From: Psilocybe cubensis
Lineage: Eukaryota
Direction: 5' to 3'
Length of the DNA stretch: 64,000 bases
Assembly: GCA_017499595.2 (NCBI GenBank)
Contig: CM038999.1
Coordinates: 2,418,001-2,482,000, forward strand
Positions within the stretch are counted from its first letter, which is position 1, and each line of letters starts with the position of its first letter. A program made the translations under genes and the position numbers. This document shows positions 53,138 to 64,000 of the stretch, one piece after another. The notes beneath the pieces were generated by a model. It saw only the letters and a list, made by a program, of their open reading frames with translations. It made no database searches and had not been told where the DNA came from.

Positions 53138-54977
53138 ATGCCCATCCCTGTGCCAGTCGCTTTCGCTCATCTGTTGTTCATTTTGTCTGGTCATTGGCTG
53201 CAAACACACTAATAACCTGCCTTTTGCAGGCTTGGAAATTATGAATTCCACACTTCAAACTATGCTATGTTGGTCTATGATCACAGTAAGTCTGCCTTTA
53301 CGCAATCTGTGAAGTTCCCCTCAAATAGCTTGATTCCAATCCAGTGCTGACTTTCGGAGAAGAGGTTTGCCAATTACATTGCCATGAGCCTACCTTGCTC
53401 ACCAAACCAATTTTTGATTCGGCGCTTTTCTTCTAGGTAGATAAGATATGGTCTCGACCTTTTACGCTTCCGACCTTGTTGTTTTATCTCAATCGATACG
53501 TGACTCATTTACAATATATTGTGATACAAGTTGGTATGTATTTACATTTCTTTATCAATCCTGCGCATTTTTAGCGTTAAATATCCTTTAGCATTCCACG
53601 AAACAACATGGTCGGATTCAGTCAGTAAAAGGTACTTTTCACAATGGACGGTTTTAACATTTGTATCTTCAGATGTAATCATTTTGACACCACTGTTCCG
53701 CATTGAGTCTCATTGTGATGTCGAAGGTGCCGTCGCTATGTTAAATTTGCCGGTGCATCTACTACCTCCCTTGTTGCTGGTACTTTTCAATCTTCTTATG
53801 TTATGCTCCGAACCTCAAGGTTGCATTCTAGTGGCCGAGTGTACGATGGACACCCTGTTGTTTTCTTTGCTAAGTTTCCCTCACCTTCAAAAACAGTGAC
53901 CATGATACTTCGGGTTTATGCTCTCTATCTTGGCAACAAAAAGATTTTGACGTTTTTGCTTACACTTCTATGTGGTCAAGTCATTGTATCTGCATGGGCA
54001 GTTCACAATGGAATGCGTGAGTATAGGCAAAGTTTTACACGACCTTTTGATTACATTTTTGTGCAGGTGTGCCACAACCTCCAGGATTCCCAGGTATGTT
54101 ATTTTGATGATGCACTATTTCAAGACGTTTGATAAATCTTTATTGTAGGATGTGTATTAACCGGGAAGAACTCCTTCTTCGGTATGTGGCATAGAACGGT
54201 TTTTATTGAACATTATTAATCATGAAATGTGGTAGCCGCACTGTGGGGGGCCCCTCTTGTTACCGATTCGTGCATTTTCATTCTTACGACCTGGAGGACA
54301 ATTCGATATATGAGAAAGCATGGTCGTATGACGTGAGACATTGATATGTCATTATTCTCATCAGCACTGACTGTAACCAGTGCTTTGGAAATACTACTGC
54401 GCGACGGGACGCTGTACTTTTTCACTATCTTTGGGGTTAATCTGATGAACACCCTTATCTATTTCGTGAGACTGTTCACTTCTCAATGCAGGAACATTTT
54501 TTGACTCCACTACCAGTTGGCGTTCAAAGATCTCAAGGCTGTCGGGGCAAGGTAAGCATTCCTGATTCATAGGGTTGAATATGGCACTGAGCTGCAAAAC
54601 GGTACAGTTTCAGCCAAATATTGACCTCAATCATGATCTCGCGGCTCCAATTAAATCTTCGTTATAATTTCGAATCTGGTGACCGTCTAACCAGATTGAA
54701 GCCTATTTTCAACTCGAACCCTTCAAGTAGGAAACCTCTGCAAACAACCCCGTCTATCGTCTTTACTTCTGTTCTCAACTCAAACAATACGACAACTGGA
54801 ATGAGCAATGAAAGGAGTTTTTTTACCGTAGGAAATCTTGGCAGCACTATCCAAGGTCCATTCGAAGACGACTGCTCATCTGGAAGTTCTACTTCACGGA
54901 CTGCGATCGACTCTTTGTCTGAAGACGCTGAGTTGAACGTGAATGCAGGACCCCACGGTGCTAGTTGGCCATGGTGA
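53138..54977 (+). CDS. DUF6533-type Agaricomycete multi-pass membrane protein
   Basis: Spliced YAMLVYDHMLTFGEEVDKIWSRPFTLPTLLFYLNRY, ILRVYALY, LLRDGTLYF, SIMISRLQLNLR, Ser/Thr-rich tail. The first exon is uncertain. Confidence 0.8.
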
Positions 54978-55366
54978 CGCATATACAGTATTTACATTAA
55001 CTATTAGGGTAGGCAGCGCTTATTGTATATTGACTGGTGGAACATTGTACTACATATTTTCTCATAGTTTGACACTCAATTGGATTGAGTCAATTAAGGA
55101 GGTACAAAAATGGCAGACTGTCCGGTGAAAGGATTCTTCAATGTCTTACACAAATTCAACATCTCTTGTTCCATTGGTGGCGCTAGATGCTCCAAGCCAT
55201 CCGGCTGCCTCTAAAGCAGCACCTAGCACATCGTAATAGCTGCGGTCATTCAATAACCTGGCTGTGCAGTGACCGGTGACGATCAAAATGAGTAGGTGGC
55301 TGTCCAACTTCCGCAGGCTAAGTCACCCGGAAGATCAATTCATAAAACCACGGCAACATTCATAGA

Positions 55367-57094
55367 ATGTCTTCAACAGGATACGAGCCTCTTCCAACCT
55401 CAGAGTCCTCGGCTAGACAGCCAGAGCGTCTTATTCACCTAGACACTGTTTCTAAACCAAAAAAGGGGTCCTCGACGTGGTGGAGGGTACTGCTCATATT
55501 TCTGCTTTGTTGTGCCCTTTTCGCTTCCTACAAATTAGGGCAATATTCTTTTCGCCTCCCCAAGTCAGAACCTTCGAAATCTCTACCAAAAAATTACAGA
55601 CCCTGTTCAGATCCTATAATGCCTTGCGACGGTAAATACAGCATTGGATAGTAAGTGTTTTCGTTACTATCACGTAGCACGAAGAGCCAGCTGATCGCGA
55701 TGGTACATTTCTAAAGTTTTGTTAACTGGTGTGTTGAACTTGATGTTGTGGTTGTAGAATTCCCGTACTTACGACTCCTCTAGGGGTATATATGGGCGAA
55801 AATTCCCCCCCTCTCTAATTCCCGTCAAGGACCTTACGTATGTTTATGGCGTCAGTCATCACATACCGTGCTAACAACGCCTAGACATATACTTTATGCA
55901 TTTGCCAACGTGAGGCCTGACAGCGGCGAAGTCTACCTTTCCGACCTTTGGGCTGACCAAGATATTCACTATCCTGGAGACTCATGGAATGACGTCGGGA
56001 ACAACCTTTACGGCAACTTCAAGGCCATTTATAATCTAAAGAAACAAAACCGGAATCTGAAGGTTTTACTCAGCATTGGAGGATGGACATACTCACCTTC
56101 TTTTCACCCTGTTGTTATCAACCCTGCATTCAGAGCCAAGTTTGTCGAGAGTTCTGTCAAGATTCTCGAAGATTATGGATTGGATGGACTGGATGTTGAC
56201 TACGAATATCCCACGGACGACAAGCAAGCTGCAGGATATGTCGCATTGTTGAAGGAATTGAGAGCCGCGTTGGATAAACATCAAGCAAAGAAGGGCCCTG
56301 GCTGCAAGTTTCTACTGTCGGTGAGTCGCCGCAATCGCCCCTTGATACAAGTGACTGACAATCGTCTATAGATTGCTGCCCCATGTGGACCTGAGAACTA
56401 CAAGAAACTTCGCGTTAAAGAGATGGACATTTCACTCGATTTCTGGAATCTCATGGCTTATGATTTCTGTGTGTTTTCCGTCTTTTAAACCAATTACATC
56501 TAGCTTACTTCATGTCAATCAGCTGGTTCCTGGGATTCAGCTGCCAACCATCAAGCGAACCTCAATGGGGGCACACTCAGTGCATCGGCTGCTGTGGATT
56601 GGTATATTGGTCAGGGTGTGCTTCGAGACAAAATTGTTCTAGGAATCCCACTTTACGGTCGCTCTTTCCTCAACACAGCGGGCCCCGGGAAGCCATTCTC
56701 TGGCCAAGGGCAGGGAACCTGGGAAGCAGGTGTCTACGATTATCGTGCTCTTCCGCTTCCTGGCACAAACGTTACCAATGACAAGAGTCTCGGGGCTAGT
56801 TGGTCATACGATGCCAATAAGAAAGAATTGATCAGCTTTGATAGCGAAGAAGTGGCCAAATGGAAAGGCGAATATATCAAACGGGAGAATCTAGGAGGCA
56901 GTATGTTCTGGGAGCTCAGTGGCGACAAAGGATCTTCCAGAGAAGGCATTGAAACAGGGCCTGGTAAGGACGTTCAGCCTGGCAAAAGCCTTGTCACCAT
57001 TGTGAAAGACGCCATGGGCGGATTGGAGAAGAGCAACAATTGGTTATCTTACACCGAGAGCAAGTTCGATAACCTGAAGAAAGGACTGGCATAA
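55367..57094 (+). CDS. GH18 chitinase with N-terminal hydrophobic anchor
   Basis: [32 protein letters not shown], catalytic [29 protein letters not shown]. Confidence 0.95.
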
Positions 57095-57213
57095 CTTACA
57101 TACATGCGATTCCAACTGATCTAACAAGTAACGGACAATAGAAGGCAGCAAAAATAGTTTAGTGGTAATTCTTTGTAGCATACATGAAAAATTGGGGATC
57201 GATATCATCATTG

Positions 57214-58098
57214 TCATGGCAAGATTGGCTGATATGCCCGGTTTCCGGCTGCCCATGTATGTCCCTGCCCTGCAGATATGCCGGTCAATATGACTCCAAC
57301 AGCGACTATGATGCTGAATATCCAAGACATTGTATGAAGAATATACGACAAGCCTGGATAGGTAGAATCAGTAATGCAGACATTGTCATACAGGGGGAAA
57401 TATGACATGCCTGGGCGTGCGCGCTCAAACGAAGGGTAGCTGTCACTACGATACATTTCTGTAATAATCGCAAAGCAGGTAATCTGGCAAACAGCTGGCG
57501 AATTGTCGATTTTGATCATAGGCACATCATTTAAAAAATTGGTGTAATCGGTTTACCTTGCAATATTACAAGTCCAGCAACAGCTCGCCAAATCCTTCTC
57601 CTTCTCGAGTGAGTGCTAATCCCGAACAAAAGAGCCACCAAAGAAACCCCGGCGAAGCCCATCGAAATCTGATCGAGATAGCCAGCACTTGTCCATGCAG
57701 CACAGAAGGCTTTATTTTCCTTCTCACAGTGGTCTGTTACGCTGGATGGAAAAGAACGGCACTCATACTTTCTGTAGGATATTTTCCCCTCTCCAGACGG
57801 ACCGGGAAGTTCAGAAACAGTGAGAGCACAGTGTGTGTTGAGACCGAAGTAAACGGTCACTTTGGTGTATAAAATTTCCTCATAATGGACAACAAGCCTT
57901 GGGAGGAGGTTTAGACGTCTAAAGATCAGGCCAATGTGTTTCAAAAGGATATACGTACCAGTCTGTCCGACGGAACGAGAGGACATTCTAAATAGGATGT
58001 CAAATTTGGCCAGTGCAGGAGCGAAGCAGAATGAAACAGACAATGAGCAATACAGTTGCCACCAAGCAGAATGTTACGAAATAGGATGTTTTCCGCAT
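57214..58098 (-). CDS. Small multi-pass (claudin/SUR7-like) membrane protein
   Basis: Starts MRKTSYFVTFCLVATVLLI. Loop YFGLNTHC...CRSFP...C...FCAAWTSAGY. Three further hydrophobic helices. Ends NRAYQPILP*. Confidence 0.7.
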
Positions 58099-58313
58099 TA
58101 GAGATTCTGTCTAGTTGATCGTTCAAGTCAAGGAATAGGTCGCTACGCAATAGTACCTCTACCTAGCTCATGGTCACCTCAACCCCAGTAATATCACGTC
58201 AGGTGACATTGACGTAGTAACTAAATACAAAAGTGAAGAGGAGAAAAAAAGCGGGGCGATTACTATTGATCCTAAGACTACTACTTGGGTTGGAATGGGA
58301 TTTCGAAATGGTC

Positions 58314-60771
58314 TTATCCTCTAGGTACTCCTCGGGTGACATCGGGATATGCCTGAGCGATCATCTATGTCGACCATGAGAGTTCAATTTCACATAATAC
58401 CCCAAAATGAGTGCTCACAGAAAACAATTCAGGTGCCCGTATAGCCAAGACTTGGGGATCTTCTCCAAGGCCAACAAATCTTTCGGATGCTTGAGTTTAC
58501 ATGGCAAAGACGCAGAAACTAGAGAGCTCACATGGTCGATACACCTGCTTCAATTGCAGACCCCATTGTCATAGCTTTTGTAGAAAATATTATAAACCGT
58601 CGCCGCAAGAAAGCATTTTAACGACTTACAGCACACCATCCCTATCAGGAAAGAGAACAATACAATGGGGGCAGTATATTGTCCTTCCGAGTTATATGAA
58701 GGAGCAGTGACTTTGAAAGTTAACGTCAACAACGATTGTATAGATGACGAAAAAAAGAAAGAACACTGACATCGTAGGTATAAATATCCAAACAGTGAAC
58801 ACAAAACACCAATGGCATACGCGCCCCATGTCAAGGCTGCTGTGTATTAGGTATGAATTTCAATTACTATAAAATTAAACCTACTCATTCCGACGAGCGA
58901 ATCGTTTACAAGAGCATCAATCCCTAAATGTTCACAGATTAGAGATAAGTTTTGAAAAACTATATAATACCAAACCTCGGTCTTTGAATAATCGCCAAGT
59001 ATCTTTCGCAGCTTTGATGTAAGGCTTGCCATACAATGCTAAATACCCTCGTCAACTTGAAAAAAAAAAACCGTCAGGGTCTCAAAGGCTTACCGATTTC
59101 AATATACGCGTATCTGGTGAATGGCTCATAAATCAGAAAAAAAATAGTTGTGGTCGACGTGACAGCTACCTGTTGAAGTATTCGACCAAGCTTTGGAGCA
59201 TCCCAACGAAACAGGCCGCACAGCACGCCAGACATGCTTCAACGGCTAAAATGACATTAACATAATTAGAAATTGGATGCCGCCACCTTACTCACGGTGG
59301 CCATCTGCATTTGCATTTTGTTGGGCAGCATTCAGAATCAACCTCAGAAGGTCCAAGATAGTAACAATAAGAGAGCCAAACGCGATGGAACCAAGAGAAA
59401 GGGTGGAGGCACGCCCGAAAGCAGAGAGCGTTGGATGGTTAGGCTAACAACAGGTGCATAAGGATCAAACAAATACCGTCGACAACGTACAGGCCTTACC
59501 ATCTCACCATTGCCACGAGGACCGAAGTAATACCATGAACCATATGGCCCGCCCGCAAGGGTAGATAATGCAACATTTCCAATAACTTGCGAAGTCCACA
59601 GGAAGGAAAAGGCCTCGAAGAAGATGAGGCCAGCGACCTTTCCACTAGAGCAGCTGGATGTGTCGCATGCTTCGATAGACGGTCAGAATTCGGGTGCTTG
59701 TTGTTCATAATCATAGCTTACATGGGTTCCCGGGCGTCCATTTCGCATATCTGATAGGTGCGCCGTGCGTATCAGATGCGTTTATTGGGCACAGAAGACA
59801 TTACTTACGTAGCTATAGTGGTAAAAGTGAACCAACTAGAGAAAAATGAAGTCGTTATAATGGTAGTTGTTAAAAGAACTATTTCCGGAGTGAGGCTTAC
59901 ACAGATAGGACTGCTTGGAGGAACAAAGAAGCAAACGCAACTGCGTAGACACTGGTGTGGTGCTTCGACACGTCCATCACAACCTGAAGGAGCAGAGAAG
60001 CTAGCGGTATACGCGACCTAAAACCGAAGTAGGACAGGACCGAAAGGATAGCAATAATTGTGAATATGATGGCTCCAGCTTCGTGAATGAAGCGTCAACA
60101 GAGAGAAAAGAGAGAAAGTAAAGTCGCAAAGGCTTACACCAATATTTTGTTATATAATAATAGACACATATACCACTGCAATAGATCAACTTTGAGATGT
60201 CACAATACATGGACGAGATGGCTTACATGTTCAACGCAATAGTCAAAATCAGAGTTATGTGCATGATCGTTTTCGTGAACATGCGCGCTAGCATCAGATA
60301 CGCCACGGAAAGTAACATCCCCGCTGCGGTGACAAGAAGCAACAGGTAGACGGTGCTCCTGATTATCCGACAGGATACATGAATATGCATTCTCTAACAG
60401 TAAATCTAGAAAGTACTGACCGGTTCATTGTCACTACAGTGCCTGTCTGTCCTCCGCCCTTACCTAGTCCGCCTCCAAGTCCGTCTTGCGATATCCATGT
60501 GTTTAGAGCAACGCCTGACACCGCAGCAAACCCGAGAAACTAAGAAGAATTTCGATGACAAACTTTATTGACAGTAAAATAATAAACTTACTTGGAGTAC
60601 GAAGAAAATGAGAAATATCGGGTCGTTTACTCTTTTCTTTGGCTTAAATCGACCTCCCGCGTAAGGGTCTTTAATATCACCGCCGTACAGAGGCTGTTCT
60701 GGTGGAACGTAGTAAGGCCCTTCAGAGCCATAGGCTGGTGTAGGTCCGGGATATGGTTGCTGTCCGTACAT
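58314..60771 (-). CDS. PNS1: Choline transporter-like protein Pns1 (SLC44/CTL family)
   Basis: RFKPKKRVNDPIFLIFF, SLGSIAFGSLIVTIL, LVEYFNR, GIDALVNDSLVG, ALGEDPQVL. Stop TAA at 58314. Confidence 0.9.
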
Positions 60772-61077
60772 CGGTACCAGCCGAATATTCTGTTCTTCAA
60801 AGTCTTTGTAGGTCTTGTAAATGGTGGTGTAATGCCAAGGTAGACGTGTCCAAGTATGCTGTCATTGCAGGTTTAAGTAGGCGACTGGAATTGCCTCGTT
60901 GCGATCAATGATCACATCGAGGGTGTGATGCCGGGACTCTCAGGTCTGGGCAATGGTATGTAGATTGATTATTGCTCTACAGTATATTACTATATACAGA
61001 CTGTACTTAAAACTTCCCTTAAAATACATAAAAAACTATCAAATTTGGATATGGATATACGTTGGGTGGGTACAGAA

Positions 61078-62458
61078 TTAACCTCTTTGGGGTCCCAAAT
61101 GCTTAAAGCGAACTACGACAACGGTGACATTGTCCGTAGTATGGTGGGATAAGGCATGTTGACAAAGAACTGAACTGGCCTGTTGGGCATCCTCAATGTC
61201 ACGAACCAAATCAATAGCGGCTTGGTCGCCAATCACATCCCATAGCTGATAGAACAGTAGTCAGCGGACAACACAATCATGAATTGAAATGTAACATACA
61301 CCGTCGCAAGCAAGAATTAAAAGTTCATCTTCTTCGCATAGTTCAGTTTCGGTAGTATAGGGCGCACCAACCACAAACTCTTTCATTGAGGAATCACCCA
61401 AGCTTCGCGTGACAGCAAGTACCCCGTTAACGCGCCCACTCATAACAAATCCGCCTGCATCTGTAATGCGTTTGGCCTCTTGTTTGTCGGTTCCCTTATG
61501 ATCATAAGTCAAACGGACCGCCTTTCCTGCTCTGCACAGGACACCGCGAGCATCACCAGCATTAGCGCTATAAAGGACGTATTTAGCATCCGGCGGAGGT
61601 ACAGTAATGGTGACACCTTCTGCAACTGATTTGACGGAGGCAGCGGAAGATGAATTGCCAGAGGCAGATGATGAGGTAAACTTGCTAGATGCACCGCCTC
61701 CCAAGCTCCGTAAAGCCTTTCTTAAACGACTTGTGCTAGATGTTTTCTTTTCCTTGGCTTTCTTGGGGGTGGCATCCTGTTTTAGGGCATCCGCCGCGTC
61801 TTCGACAACAAAGGAGCCAGGCTCTCCATCTACACTGTTGTTTATGCTGTGACCAGAGACAGGAGACTCAGCGGAGGGAGAGGAAGGTGGAGAAAGGAAG
61901 GATTGTCGACCGTTTGAATCTTCGACGCGCAAGAAAGCCGTAACTGCGGTACAACCTGAATGAATCTTGCCTTCGGATTCTTCGCACATACGCGACAGAG
62001 ACTCGTCGACGGCATGAAAGGTATGGTTAAGAATGTCAGGGATGGGTACATCGGGAGATGAGTGGATGGCATCGAGCAGATACTGAAGAGGAGTGAGCCA
62101 ATGTAGACAGATCATAGCCAGTGGCGCATTATTTACCTCATGAAAATGGGATCCACACCATTCTGCAGCATGCTTACCCGCATGACCGTCAAAGACGGCA
62201 AAGAAGCCTTGGCCACGGACTGCGTCGAAGTCGACAACAAAAGAGTGGGCATCCTCCATGGTCCTCCGAGTGCCCTTGTCCTCTGAGACTCCTACACGAA
62301 AAGTTGGATGATTAGCAGAGTGACGATTCAGGACCTAGAGGGCTTGTTCAACAAGAGTGGGTGATTGATTAGAAGATACGTACACCGTTTGTATCAAGGT
62401 CTGCGGTGGATATGGACTTTGAACGTGCATTCGGAGAGTCAGTGAAGCGGGGAGCCAT
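61078..62458 (-). CDS. PTC1: PP2C protein phosphatase Ptc1-like
   Basis: RRTMEDAH, FAVFDGHAGK, SGCTA, LYSANAGDARGVL, RLTYDHKG, GRVNGVLAVTRSLGD, ILACDG/LWDV, TTDNVTVVVVRF. Confidence 0.92.
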
Positions 62459-62574
62459 GATATGATGGTGGTATTGGACTGTGCTCTAAATGGAATGCTC
62501 CAATATTTATGGTAAATATCGGAGTTAGCCGACAGTCTCTTCATCTTCTCCATCTACTTGCTCGTCGCCAGTGC

Positions 62575-64000
62575 ATGTCTCAGCAATCCGCCGCTGCAAA
62601 GCCTTCGCTCCAGGGCGTCAGAATCAAAGCAAGAAAGGGTGCTGTAAAGGCACAGGCAAAGCACGAACCGTCAGGTAACTTTTTATCCTTCTCCCGAACC
62701 CCCCTTCGCGCCCTCACGTCCCGTCACCACTTTTTCCAGTATTTAGAGATCAACTTTTCAAACACCTCGAAACTGTATCCCCCGGTGATTTCGACGCAGT
62801 AGCCACAAAACTCGTACAAGCAGGATCCACTCTTGAATATCTCAAATATGCAGACCCACTCTTCGAAATCATTTTTGTTGGCGGTCTCCTCCAACCAGGT
62901 GGCAGCTTCGTCGACGACGGCTCGCCTATTTCCCCCTTTACAATTTTCAGTGCCAAAGAACCTGCAGAGGTGGATGACATAAAAAAATACGTCGAAGTCA
63001 TCAACAAACTCACCAGAAGGTTAGTCCAACATTTTTCACATCCAATTTCTGTTTTCGTCTTTATCTTATCTTTTTTCAAACAATTCAGATACAAATATCT
63101 ACAAAAGCCTCTTGAAGAGTCTGCACTTCCCGGACTCTTGCAATATATCCATCGCTGGGAACCCTCTCAGAAAGATAAACTTTCTATTGCGATCGGCCTT
63201 TTGATCTCCCAAGGTCTTGCTAACGCTTCCTGCCTTCAGAGTCTCGGCAAAGACCACTTGGTGAAGAATGGTGAAATCTGAACTATGTTCTATACGGCAT
63301 CCTCTTATCATTTATTCTAGATGTCGCCATCAATGTGCTCACTGTAATCTTCCGGGCATACCTCGTTGATCAATCGATGGACCATCTTTCCGCCGCTTTG
63401 AAACGCGGCGGTATCAAGGACCTACTTGCATTCTTCCCGCCAAATAAGCGTGAAGGCAAATTTCTTGAAGAACACTTCAAGAAAGAAAATCTTCCCCAGG
63501 TTGCGGAATGGTGGGCCAAAAAGCAATACGCCGTGGTCAAAGAGGGCATCATTAAAGACCTTTCGGACATGCAGGATCAACAAGATACCCCTGAGCAGGT
63601 GAGCTTCCTTTTGAACACATTATCTCTTCTCCTGCTAATTTTTTAATGTCCAGGTTATCGCTGCCATTAAATCTCGTCAAGAAGAGTCTCCTATTCCCGA
63701 GGCCGAGTTGATTCAGTGCATTTGGCAAGGTCTTCTTGGATCTGTCGATTGGAGCGCCCGACCTGATCAAATCGAGGGTCTTGCACTACGTGAAGTTACC
63801 GTAACTGCTTTTATTCTACTATTTTACCTTTTTAGTTGCTAAATCGTCTGCACATCAGAAATTTGCACCGATTTTGGAGCCATTTTGCGAAAGTGGGAAA
63901 ACTCAAATCGCCCTCATCAACGCAGTACAGGTTTACTGCTACGAAGACACTCGTATCATCAAAGCCTTCCCACAAATTCTCAAGGTAATTCTCCTTTGCA
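62575..64000 (+). CDS. BZW1: BZW/5MP (eIF5-mimic protein), 3' end beyond window
   Basis: KPSLQGVRIKARK, GSTLEYLKYADPLFEIIFVGGLLQPGG, KLTRRYKYLQK, LLAFFPPNKR, start of a W2 domain (QIALINAVQVYCYE). Confidence 0.9.

Noticed and set aside
59744..59780. Imperfect inverted repeat at a PNS1 intron/exon boundary
   Set aside because: Short and bulged, compatible with chance.

Overview
Gene-dense eukaryotic DNA with ~50-nt introns, typical of an Agaricomycete (mushroom-forming basidiomycete). About 27 intron-containing protein genes can be reconstructed, in order: SUB1/PC4, TOM1/HUWE1 HECT ligase, a peroxisomal quinone reductase, an RRN5-like SANT protein, an acyl-CoA ligase, RPB3, an MscS-like channel, TLG2, a small hidden Cys/His-rich gene, NAR1, a PL14 lyase, an AVT-type amino-acid transporter, ERG8, HEM15, an SNG1-like membrane protein, a membrane RING-H2 ligase, a coiled-coil orphan, a GTPBP1/2 GTPase, KRE6/SKN1, a CBM1 protein, a DUF6533-type membrane protein, a GH18 chitinase, a small membrane protein, PNS1, PTC1 and a partial BZW/5MP gene. 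I found no rRNA, tRNA, transposon or CRISPR. Most notable observations: (1) a GW/WG (Argonaute-hook-like) C-terminal tail on Pol II subunit Rpb3; (2) a four-exon, 84-aa Cys/His-rich gene not represented as such in the ORF track, whose stop lies 5 nt from the NAR1 stop on the opposite strand; (3) very short gaps between same-strand genes; (4) a poor-context start codon on BZW. All gene models were spliced by eye and family calls come from motif recognition, not database searches.
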